Of a stretch of DNA of 27,398 nt, positions 1 to 8,173 are shown piece by piece. The position numbers and the translations under genes are program-made. This DNA comes from Thermoproteota archaeon (lineage in GTDB: Archaea > Asgardarchaeota > Jordiarchaeia > Jordiarchaeales > Freyrarchaeaceae). Positions within the stretch are counted from its first letter, which is position 1. Each line of letters begins with the position of its first letter. The notes beneath the pieces are model-generated. The model was not told the origin of the DNA. It was given only the letters and a program-made list of their open reading frames with translations, and made no database searches. The stretch lies in NCBI GenBank assembly GCA_029258835.1, contig JAPDJY010000042.1, forward strand, positions 1 to 27,398, read 5' to 3'.

Positions 1-2
1 AG

Positions 3-488
3 GGGTATAACACAATAGTCTTCCTTAGGGATGTAGGCATGTTCGCGTACGTTGTTTCAGGGGGTTCAAGGGGAGAAGAGGAAACCCCTTACATCATAAC
101 GGCCTTCTTTGAACCTAAGGATATAGGAGTTGTTTGGAACGTCAAGGATGAAATACTCAGGGTGCTGTCTGGGAAACTTAGTAGTATACGTGATGGAAGG
201 GAAAGTGAGAACGCGGTCAGAGAGGCCTACGACGAAGTAACGAGAATTCTAGCGAGTGGAAGACTTGCCATCGAAGAGTATGTTGACACGTTCATGGAGC
301 AAACAGTAGAATTCGTTTTAAAACTTATAGAGCAAGTGTCAAATCTAAGTAAGGAGGTAGCTGACAGGTTGAAGCCTCTTCTAAGAGAGTATGTAACCGT
401 GCTAGTTAGGACGGCAAGCAAAATTGGAAGTAAAAAAGTGGCTGAGAGTGTGCTCTCCCTAAACACCTTACTGAGTGAAAGAGGATAA
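3..488 (+). CDS. 5'-truncated hypothetical protein; probable longin/uDENN-like region followed by a helical C-terminus
   Basis: Frame is open from position 3 (GYNTIVFLRDVGMFAYVV...), so the gene starts left of the window. FAYVVSGGSRGEEETPYIITAFF resembles FSYVFPYRDRTARGGSRILSLILV in the uDENN-like gene at 8174. Confidence 0.55.
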   Translation, partial: GYNTIVFLRDVGMFAYVVSGGSRGEEETPYIITAFFEPKDIGVVWNVKDEILRVLSGKLSSIRDGRESENAVREAYDEVTRILASGRLAIEEYVDTFMEQTVEFVLKLIEQVSNLSKEVADRLKPLLREYVTVLVRTASKIGSKKVAESVLSLNTLLSERG

Positions 489-631
489 TGACGTGCAGGG
501 GCATCTAATTTACTGTTACTGGCCACTACGAAAAAGAAGGGGTTGAAAGGACCACTCGGTTAACCAACACGCATCTCCATCTGCTTAATTCTTACCTGAA
601 ATTCTTTGGGGATGAATGAGCCACGAACGGG

Positions 632-1066
632 TTATGTCTCGCTTGTGAATGCACCGATGATCCCTCCTATGGCCGCGCCGACAACTGCGGCGATAACCGA
701 TGCAATAGCGCCAAAGACTGCAAACACTATTCCGCTGATTACGCCTGCGATAATGCCACCGATTGCGGCGATGAGAGCACCTAGCACGTTGCCCAGCGCC
801 GCGAGAACCCCGCTTGTCATCGCATTGACTATTGCTCCGAGAGCAGCTGCGATTGCACCTAGGATCAAGTCGATGAATGCAGGAGGAGCGGTGCTCATTG
901 CTTCGCAGCCAAAGGCGTTCATGGCTGACATGGATCCGCCACGAACGCCGGCGTCAACCGCCATGTAATGTCCAGAAGCAGCTGATGCCGCCGTGTTCGC
1001 CGTGAGCGTTAATGCTAGGAGGAAGGCTAAAACCATGCACGTAGCTATCCTCCATTTGTAACGCAT
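632..1066 (-). CDS. Secreted or membrane small protein with a Sec-type signal peptide and a ~75-residue uncharged Gly/Ala/Ile/Val-rich (glycine-zipper) C-terminal domain
   Basis: GGGAGG RBS upstream of the ATG; basic N-terminus plus hydrophobic h-region (MRYKWRIATCMVLAFLLALTLTANTAASA); GxxxGxxxG motif (GIIAGVISG). Confidence 0.8.
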   Translation of the reverse strand: MRYKWRIATCMVLAFLLALTLTANTAASAASGHYMAVDAGVRGGSMSAMNAFGCEAMSTAPPAFIDLILGAIAAALGAIVNAMTSGVLAALGNVLGALIAAIGGIIAGVISGIVFAVFGAIASVIAAVVGAAIGGIIGAFTSET

Positions 1067-1571
1067 GAACCTAACCTCCCTTTTACATTTTCATCTTTTT
1101 CATAGGAACCTGAGGAATTCGTTGGGAAATATAATTTCTCGTAAAAGTATTCCCTTCTTCTTCAGCAGACGCTAGACCATCCCACCGCTTTTTAAACTGA
1201 AAATAAAAAGTTCCTCTTAAAATCTGTAGAGGACTCTTTCCCAAAGATTCTCTTTAGGTTACGGTCTCTAGGCTACTGAAGCTTCACGTTAATTAGTTAA
1301 GTTGGTGTGGCTGATGTTGCGACATTTGTAAAGGTGCATGTTAGATGATTGGCATTTTCGGGGGTTCTTATAAGGGGATGATAGCGAACGGTCTATTTGT
1401 TCCGTTTAGTTCGCCTATTTTTTTGAGGAAAATTCAATTATGATTATCATGCAATTCGGTATGTTAAGCATTATATTGCGATGTGCTTAGTTTAGATAAT
1501 AGATTTCCAAAAAATTTATATCAGCAGGTAGCCTTAAGGGAATTTTGGAAGTAGCTGTTGGAGATGGACAT

Positions 1572-2069
1572 ATGATCCATAACGTTTACATCATGAAGCG
1601 GAGTGGTGAATGCATCATAAGCCGTAAGTACGGCAGCTTAAAGGTAGATGAAGACCTAGTGACGGGCTTTCTAAGCGCTATTTTGAATTTCAGTGAGCAG
1701 CTGGATGGGGAGAGGGTTGAAAGCATAGTCATGGGGAATAAGAAGTTTGTTTACACGGGTATGGGTGACGTGATCTTTATAGCATATGCGGATAAGAACG
1801 ACCCGGTGAAGGAGAGCCTTGAAGTTTTAGGACGTACTTTTATGGAGAAGTATGGTGAAACCCTTAAGAAATGGAAGGGGGAAAGGGATATTTTTAATGA
1901 TTTCACAAAGCAGATGGATGAAATACTGGGGGGAGAGGCTGGAGTTAACGATAAGCTGGCTGAAGACATACTTGAAAGGCTTAAAAAGGGAAGCATATCG
2001 GCTATTGAGGCATCCCAGAAAATAGTTGACTTTTTCCTGAAGAAAGTTAAGGAGAAAAGAGAAGAATAA
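1572..2069 (+). CDS. Longin-domain protein (Asgard-type, sigma-adaptin/TRAPP-like fold) with a C-terminal SHOCT-like helical tail
   Basis: MIHNVYIMKRSGECIISRKYG...DEDLVTGFLSAILNFSEQL...ESIVMGNKKFVY is the typical longin pattern. The ATG at 1572 follows GGAGATGG (the ORF track starts at TTG 1545). Confidence 0.8.
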   Translation: MIHNVYIMKRSGECIISRKYGSLKVDEDLVTGFLSAILNFSEQLDGERVESIVMGNKKFVYTGMGDVIFIAYADKNDPVKESLEVLGRTFMEKYGETLKKWKGERDIFNDFTKQMDEILGGEAGVNDKLAEDILERLKKGSISAIEASQKIVDFFLKKVKEKREE

Positions 2070-2155
2070 GTTAGACTTTAAAGCAATCTTTCATCTATAT
2101 CTTCCTAAGAGTGGATGTTATGTTGCCCGAGCCGAATCTGAGGTTTAGTAGGGAG

Positions 2156-2524
2156 TTAGGATAGGGCTTCTGAGAGCTTTTCCCTTATTGATGAGATTAA
2201 TGTGAGCATTAGGCCCATGTTAGCGTAGGGGTTTGTGATTACGGATAGGATGTGTTTATCGTCTATCCCGAAAATTATTATTGTTCCGTCTTTTCCGCCT
2301 ACCACCACTTTTTGAAGGTTTCCAAGGGATAATTCGCTTATCACCCTTTCTCCTACGTTATACAGGGCGGCTCCCATCGCTGCTAATAGATTTTCGTCGC
2401 CATGCTGTATTGCAGAGGCTAGAACTAGACCGTCGGTTCGAATGATTGCTGACGCTTCTATATCTGGGTCGGATGTTTCCATTTCCTCCAGGATACTGGC
2501 TAGTTTTTGCCTGAGAGTTTTCAT
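2156..2524 (-). CDS. Roadblock/LC7 (MglB/LAMTOR-like) domain protein
   Basis: IEASAIIRTDGLVLASA...LAAMGAALYNVGERVISELSLGNLQKVVVGG...ANMGLML is a canonical roadblock pattern. Likely start is ATG 2524 (alternative GTG 2539). Confidence 0.9.
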   Translation of the reverse strand: MKTLRQKLASILEEMETSDPDIEASAIIRTDGLVLASAIQHGDENLLAAMGAALYNVGERVISELSLGNLQKVVVGGKDGTIIIFGIDDKHILSVITNPYANMGLMLTLISSIREKLSEALS

Positions 2525-2661
2525 CGTATCCACCTTCACTTTTAAAGTTGAAACTATGGGGATGAAACGCTGTATTTAAAGATTTCGCCTTGAAATTATT
2601 TTTTCTGTAAACGTGACAAATAAAACTTTTTTAAATTATGAAAGTCGCAAAAAGGGATGGG

Positions 2662-3438
2662 TTAGCCACCCTTAATCTTTTTAATGTACTCTGTTGCCCG
2701 CTTGAGGACGTCCTCGTTCTGGATGCATATTATTTGGGCTAGAGCCGTGTAGTCGAGCAGGGTTTTCATGTCCACGTCAAAGCTTATGTTAACTATTTTC
2801 TTCGATAGGCCAACGGCTATCGGGCTGTTCCCCATTATGGCTTTAGCAATGCTTAACACTTCCTCCTCCAACTTTTCATGCGGAACTACCTTGTTAACTA
2901 AGCCTATCCTTTCGGCCTCTGCAGCCGTTATGAACTTCGCCGTGAAAATCAGTTCTTTAGCCCTTCCAACCCCGACGATGCGAGGCAGCCTTTGGCACCC
3001 TGCTAGGTCTGGGACCAGTCCTACGGCAACCTCCGGGAGGCCAAACAACGCGTTCTCAGAAGCTATCCTTATGTCGCATACTAGCGTTAGTTCGAGTCCT
3101 CCCCCAAGTGCAGGCCCGTTGACGGCTGCTATTACAGGCTTCTCGACTTCCTCTATGATGTTGTAGACTTGCTGGGCTACCCTGATGATGTTTGGAAGCC
3201 ATTCGAATCCTGTTTTTCCCAGATCCTTCAGCAGGTTGAAGTCGAGCCCCGACGAGAAAGCCCTTCCAGCTCCTGTTAGGACGATCACCTTAACGTCTTT
3301 TTCGTCCCCCGCCTTCTTAAACGCGTCAGCAAGCTCCATGAACATTTTACTGTTGATGGCGTTTAAAACCTCAGGCCTGTTTAGAATTATCTTCGCGATA
3401 CCCTCACTCTTCTTGTAGAGGAGTGTTTCAAAGCTCAA
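2662..3438 (-). CDS. Enoyl-CoA hydratase/isomerase (crotonase family)
   Basis: LNRPEVLNA, GRAFSSGLD, PVIAAVNGPALGGGLEL, FGLPEV; both catalytic Glu residues are present. Confidence 0.95.
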   Translation of the reverse strand: MSFETLLYKKSEGIAKIILNRPEVLNAINSKMFMELADAFKKAGDEKDVKVIVLTGAGRAFSSGLDFNLLKDLGKTGFEWLPNIIRVAQQVYNIIEEVEKPVIAAVNGPALGGGLELTLVCDIRIASENALFGLPEVAVGLVPDLAGCQRLPRIVGVGRAKELIFTAKFITAAEAERIGLVNKVVPHEKLEEEVLSIAKAIMGNSPIAVGLSKKIVNISFDVDMKTLLDYTALAQIICIQNEDVLKRATEYIKKIKGG

Positions 3439-3552
3439 AGGGAAACCTCCAGACGCTTTAAACTAAGGTTGCATGATGGAACCTATAAGCTTTTACCATT
3501 TGAAGCAGCATTGACAGCGTTCGACGTTAATAGGAGCGGCTGAGTTTCCATT

Positions 3553-4416
3553 TTAGTATAATTCTTTGTTGGGGGGATGTAGAAGCTTAAAGTAGGTTAA
3601 TGGTTGCTTTGACAGCTTCACCACCTGACGGGCGGCTTTCCTGACGGGCTTCTTACGGTGTTTCAGGTACGGGAGGAGAGGCTTCGTCCCCTTTAACTTG
3701 ACTATGTACGCTAGGGCGTTGAAAGCTGCCGCCCTCACCTGGCTGTCATCGGAGAGGAGTGCAAGCTCGAAAAGCCTTTTGACGGCTCTCTCTTCCCCAA
3801 CCCGTGCAGCTAAGCCTATGTGTTCCAATGTGAAGTCCCCCTTCTCCAGCGTGGATACGACAAGGTCGTTAGCCCTTGGGTCCTCAAGATCGACGAGGGC
3901 GATTAAGGCGGCAGTGGAGAGGTCAGGGTTTCCGGCAGATCTTTGAAGGAAAGACCATATCAAGTCCGCTGCCCCTTTGTCCTTCAACACGCCGAGCACT
4001 ACGCATGCCTGGGCTTTAACGTTGTCTGGAAGCTCCTCGAAGACCTCCCTGATCTTCTCCGCTACGGGTACCCCGCGTTCTAAGCCGAGCTTTCCTAGGG
4101 CGATGAGTAGGTCACCGCTAACCTTCTCATTAGAGGGGTCCTTCAACAGGGAGACAGCCTTCTCCAGCTCCTCCCCGCTTCCAGCAAGCTCGGCCAGCTT
4201 GGACACGGCCTCAAACCTGGCAATTCCTTTAGCCTCGGAGACCAAGGGGAGGAGATCCTCGATGGACGATGCCTTAGAAATGGATAAGAGGAGGGCTCCT
4301 TCCCCCTTCTCTGGGGGGATGAGAGTTAAAGCCACCTCCAACTCCGACTCAAACCATGGAAGGAGAAGGCTTCTCAGGGCTATGTAAGGGTTTATGGACT
4401 GATGCGGCTTAGCCAT
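3553..4416 (-). CDS. HEAT/PBS-lyase-type repeat protein
   Basis: Repeated helical units: IALGKLG, CVVLGVLKDKGA, LIALVDLEDPRA, VRAAAFNALA, VRKAA. Confidence 0.8.
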   Translation of the reverse strand: MAKPHQSINPYIALRSLLLPWFESELEVALTLIPPEKGEGALLLSISKASSIEDLLPLVSEAKGIARFEAVSKLAELAGSGEELEKAVSLLKDPSNEKVSGDLLIALGKLGLERGVPVAEKIREVFEELPDNVKAQACVVLGVLKDKGAADLIWSFLQRSAGNPDLSTAALIALVDLEDPRANDLVVSTLEKGDFTLEHIGLAARVGEERAVKRLFELALLSDDSQVRAAAFNALAYIVKLKGTKPLLPYLKHRKKPVRKAARQVVKLSKQPLTYFKLLHPPNKELY

Positions 4417-4431
4417 CGTCCACCACCAGAC

Positions 4432-5622
4432 TTAACGCTGAAAATTCTGTGTTAAGACCCGTGTTGTAACCCACGCCTGAAAAATTTTTCTGGGCGCCCA
4501 TCGTTTCCAAGTGAAGCGTTTAGGCGGGTGGATGGGGTAGAGGACCGGTGAGGCTGGCTTATTAACGTATACTCCTGTTTTTCCTCTTCCCATCCAAGCA
4601 ATGCCGAGCTCTGCCACCCTATTGTATGGCTCTTTCCACCTCTCCCTTAGCTTTAGCGATATGGCGTTTGCAGGACATGTAGTGGCGCATAAGCCACATC
4701 CCAGACACTTCTCTTCGTTAACCGAGGCGGCTTCCTCGAGGGTTATCGCATTAACGGGGCATCTTTCAACACACGTCCCGCAACCGATGCAAGCATCCTA
4801 GTCGATGACGGACTTGAATATCAAGTTGATGTACTTGTGGACTTCGTACCCCTTTTGGATGCCCTTTAAGGATACTCAACAGCAGGGGCAGCGGTTACAT
4901 ACGTTTGACAGGTGTTTTGCATTCACCGACGCGTGGACGAGCCCCGCCTCGTCGGCTTCCTCTATTATCCTTATGACTTCCTCAACGCTTATCTCGTTTC
5001 CCATCCCGTTTTCAATGTAGTACTCTGCGGCGACGCCGAAGCTGAGGCAGGTTTCCAATGGGTAGTCGCACCCCCTCACCGTTAAGCCTAGCCTCTTTCC
5101 TGCAGATGCAGTCTGTAACTGCGACCACGTGGGCATTCCTAATCAACTCCTAAGCTTAAGGTATGGGAGGAGGACTGTGTCCGCGGATATTCTCTCCTCT
5201 ATTGGAAGTACCTTGAAGCCGGGAACGTTGCTCGCTCCCATCTCGTCTACGTAGACCGTCTCGTAGTACTCTTTGAACAAGCGGGCTATCCTCGTCGATC
5301 TTCTTAACGGAGTACTCGTAAAGCCCTATTATAAAGGGAGCTGCATTATACAAGGTTTTCCCTTCACGACTTATCGGAACACTAGCCCTTTACGAGACAT
5401 TTTATCGAGCATCTCCGCCAGGTACTTCTCGTCAACTCCGCTACGCTCAGCCATCTGCGAAACCTCCTCAGGGAAGGGAGATAGTAGAACTGCGACCCGG
5501 GCTTCCTCCCCTGTGAAAAGCTTCTTAAGTATTTTGATTTCAACGCCGCTCGGCGTAGCCGGGAGCCCCAAAGGGAACGTATCCAAAAATTCACGTAGCT
5601 TTACGTAGGCTTCATCCGACAA
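4432..5622 (-). pseudogene. Degraded 4Fe-4S ferredoxin-domain protein (N-terminal wHTH-like region, CxCR/CNCCxCCC Cys cluster, C-terminal 2x[4Fe-4S])
   Basis: Reconstructed across four frameshifts (about 5374, 5290, 5151 and a G-run at 5071-5075) and two in-frame stops (TGA 4876-4878, TAG 4798-4800): ...KGLVFR/ISREGKTLYNAAPFIIGLYEY...DCICRKE...CDYPLETCLSF...GLVH...VCNRCPCC*...[17 protein letters not shown]...[12 protein letters not shown]. Confidence 0.9.
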
Positions 5623-5699
5623 GCCAACCACTAACTCTAAAAGGAACACGGCAAAAATATTTAACGATTACTTTAAAGCTTTGGTGGATTCCACGTTCG

Positions 5700-6932
5700 C
5701 TAGCTGGCGTCGCCTTTCCATTCAGGGTGCTCATGTAGCTTTGCCGGTTCTCCCGGCGGTGAAATCCATCCCTTCACGGCTCCAGCTCTCATTCCGGCTT
5801 CCAGTATTTTCTCGGCTGTGTCTCTGCTGGCAAGGGAAATGATGCTGCCCCCCATGCCTGCACCTGAAAGCTTCGCTCCGTATGCTCCCGCTCTGAGAGC
5901 CGCATTCCTTACTTCTTCAAGCTTGGGGTGGCTTACCTCGTAGAGGTCTCTCAGGAGTTCATGCTGGTAATTTATGATTTCCCCTAAGGCCTCCATTTTC
6001 GACAAACCTTTGACACGTTCCCAGACGCCCTCATCCCCACCTTTAACCGGCCTCTCACCCTTAAGTATCCTTACCGCCACTTCGGTTGAACGCTGCATTT
6101 TTAGGGTGAAGAGGATCCGCTTCACCGGAGTCCCCCCAACAGCGTCCAAGTATGGCTCGATCTCTTCTATGGAGACATCCTCCCATCTTGGCTCAAAGTA
6201 CCGGAAGCCCAGCTTAGCTTTAATGGATGACGGGAGACCCGTTTCCATGAGAGCCCGAAGGCCCTCATCGATCTCTCTTTGCCTTTTAGGGTGTATCGCC
6301 GCCGTGGAGTGCCTAACACCCGAGTCCAATATTACGAAGAGTAGTTCATCAGGCGGCAAACCTTTAACCCTGAATGGGGGTCTACACTCCAAGAGGATTA
6401 CGCCTCCAAAGGCTGAACCGTACTGGTCAAGGCGGCCGCAGGGAATTCCCATCTCGTCGTGTTCAGCCAGGTAGGCCAGCTCGGCTACATCGCGCCTAGA
6501 AAGGTTTAAGCCGTAAAGCGAGTTTAAGAGGGTTAGGAAGGCTACTTCCAGCGCTGCGCTGCTTGAAAGACCCGCCCCGACTGGAACCTGACTTTTAACC
6601 CAGGCTTCCACGCCAACCCGCCCGTCAATGTGGCCTTCCTTCAGGAGGATGTTTACGATGGAACGAAGGTAGTCGCCGAACCATCCTTCTCCGAGGAGGG
6701 GGTCTCCCGCTTGGAATGCGTCCTCGAAAGGCTCACCCGATTCCTTCAGGTTTAAGGATTTAATCTTGAAGAGCCCACCCTTCCTAAGCCTTCCCGAAAT
6801 GTACGTCCTTAGGGTTATTGCTACCGGGACGACAGGCAGGCCTTTGTAGTCTTGATGGGTGTTGAGGAAGTCCGCTCTTCCAGGAGCGGAGGAAACAGTC
6901 CATTCTGCTCCTCGAGGTAAATCTGGCAGCAT
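5700..6932 (-). CDS. galK: Galactokinase (GHMP kinase family)
   Basis: SAPGR...HQDY, VPVGAGLSSSAA ATP motif, CGRLDQ (catalytic Asp), GAKLSGAGMGG; divergent from galT. Confidence 0.85.
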   Translation of the reverse strand: MLPDLPRGAEWTVSSAPGRADFLNTHQDYKGLPVVPVAITLRTYISGRLRKGGLFKIKSLNLKESGEPFEDAFQAGDPLLGEGWFGDYLRSIVNILLKEGHIDGRVGVEAWVKSQVPVGAGLSSSAALEVAFLTLLNSLYGLNLSRRDVAELAYLAEHDEMGIPCGRLDQYGSAFGGVILLECRPPFRVKGLPPDELLFVILDSGVRHSTAAIHPKRQREIDEGLRALMETGLPSSIKAKLGFRYFEPRWEDVSIEEIEPYLDAVGGTPVKRILFTLKMQRSTEVAVRILKGERPVKGGDEGVWERVKGLSKMEALGEIINYQHELLRDLYEVSHPKLEEVRNAALRAGAYGAKLSGAGMGGSIISLASRDTAEKILEAGMRAGAVKGWISPPGEPAKLHEHPEWKGDAS

Positions 6933-7054
6933 GAGGAAGCCCCTGATGGTCGGCTTCGCAAGCTCTGCTCGCGTTTAACAGGAGGATTCTGCGGTAAAAT
7001 TAAAAAATGTTTTTGCAAAAGTTAAGGGTAAGTGTGCTACGCGAGAGTGTTCTG

Positions 7055-8059
7055 ATGCGTGAGCAATCGCCGGAGCTAAGGTGGAACCCCATACTTAGAG
7101 AATGGGTTATCGTGGCCGCTCGCAGGGAGGAGAGACCTGTTGAAAGCGTTGAGGAGATAGAGAAGTGTCCCTTCTGCCCTGGAAGCCCTGAAGTTGAGGG
7201 GGAGTGGGACGTCTTAAGCTTGCCGAACAAGTATCCTGCCCTCACCCCCAACCCTCCCAGCCCTGTGAGGCACTGGTTTTACAGGACTAAGCCTGCAAGG
7301 GGAGCTTGTGAGGTGATCATTGAGACAAGGGAGCATGAAGGTGATCTTTGCGACCTGTCACTGGAGAGGATGAAGAAGGTCGTCGATCTTTACGCTGAAT
7401 GCTACGAGGAGCTAGGGGGGCTGGGACATGTAAAGTACGTTTTCATCTTTAGAAATAAGGGTGAAGTCATAGGGGTTACACTCCACCACCCTCACTCTCA
7501 GCTTTACGCTCTCCCATTCATCCCTCCTCTAGTAGCCAGAGAGCTGGAGTCGAGTAGGCGCTACTTCAGGAGAAGGAGGGAATGCCTTTTCTGCAGGGTT
7601 TTAAGTGTGGAGAGGAAGGATGGAGTTAGAGTTGTCTACGAGAACAGGGATTTCACCTGTTTCCTACCATTCTACGCTAGGTGGCCCTACGAGGTTCACG
7701 TGTATCCTAAGAGGCACGTCCAGTCGCTTCCAGAGCTGAGGCATGATGAAAGGTTTTCGCTAGCCGACGCCCTAAGAAGAGTTACAGCCACTTATAATAG
7801 CCTTTTCGGCTTCTCCATGCCTTACATAATGGTTATACATCAGAGGCCGACGGATGGCAGGGATTACCGCTACTACCACCTCCACGTTGAGTTTTACCCT
7901 CCATACCGTAGCAGGGACAAGCTTAAGTATCCGGCTGGAATAGAGAGGGGGGCTGGCACATGGACTTACGATGCTACGCCGGAGGAGAAGGCGGAGGAGT
8001 TAAGGAAGGCGGCGGCTCAACTTAACGAGAGAACAGTATCGGTCATGTGTAGAGGATGA
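7055..8059 (+). CDS. galT: Galactose-1-phosphate uridylyltransferase
   Basis: ELRWNP...WVIVA..R..RP, CPFCPG, NKYPAL, active-site HPHSQ, CLFC, HLHVEFYP. Likely start is ATG 7055. Confidence 0.95.
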   Translation: MREQSPELRWNPILREWVIVAARREERPVESVEEIEKCPFCPGSPEVEGEWDVLSLPNKYPALTPNPPSPVRHWFYRTKPARGACEVIIETREHEGDLCDLSLERMKKVVDLYAECYEELGGLGHVKYVFIFRNKGEVIGVTLHHPHSQLYALPFIPPLVARELESSRRYFRRRRECLFCRVLSVERKDGVRVVYENRDFTCFLPFYARWPYEVHVYPKRHVQSLPELRHDERFSLADALRRVTATYNSLFGFSMPYIMVIHQRPTDGRDYRYYHLHVEFYPPYRSRDKLKYPAGIERGAGTWTYDATPEEKAEELRKAAAQLNERTVSVMCRG

Positions 8060-8095
8060 AGTTAGGTTAAGAAAATTTACTAAAATTTACCATAA

Positions 8096-8124
8096 GATAA
8101 CATAATTATTGATAACATAATATT
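8096..8124. repeat. Tandem near-perfect 14-15-bp AT-rich direct repeat (GATAACATAAT(T)ATT x2) upstream of the uDENN-like gene; possible regulator site
   Basis: gataacataattatt (8096-8110) is followed by gataacataatatt (8111-8124), just upstream of a TTTATAA TATA-like box. Confidence 0.6.
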
Positions 8125-8173
8125 CAATTTTATAATAAAAGGCGGGTGTCAAATGGATAAGAAAAATTAAAAA

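Noticed and set aside
606-968. Plus-strand 120-aa Ala/Pro/Ile-rich ORF, and other antisense ORFs in the track (e.g. 2768, 3977, 5974, 12586, 14769, 25194)
   Set aside because: These are antisense shadows of well-supported genes with no recognisable motifs of their own.
4876-4878. TGA at a conserved Cys position (CPCC*), suggesting selenocysteine
   Set aside because: The gene also has four frameshifts and a TAG, and no SECIS-like element is visible downstream. A TGY-to-TGA mutation in a pseudogene is the simpler explanation.
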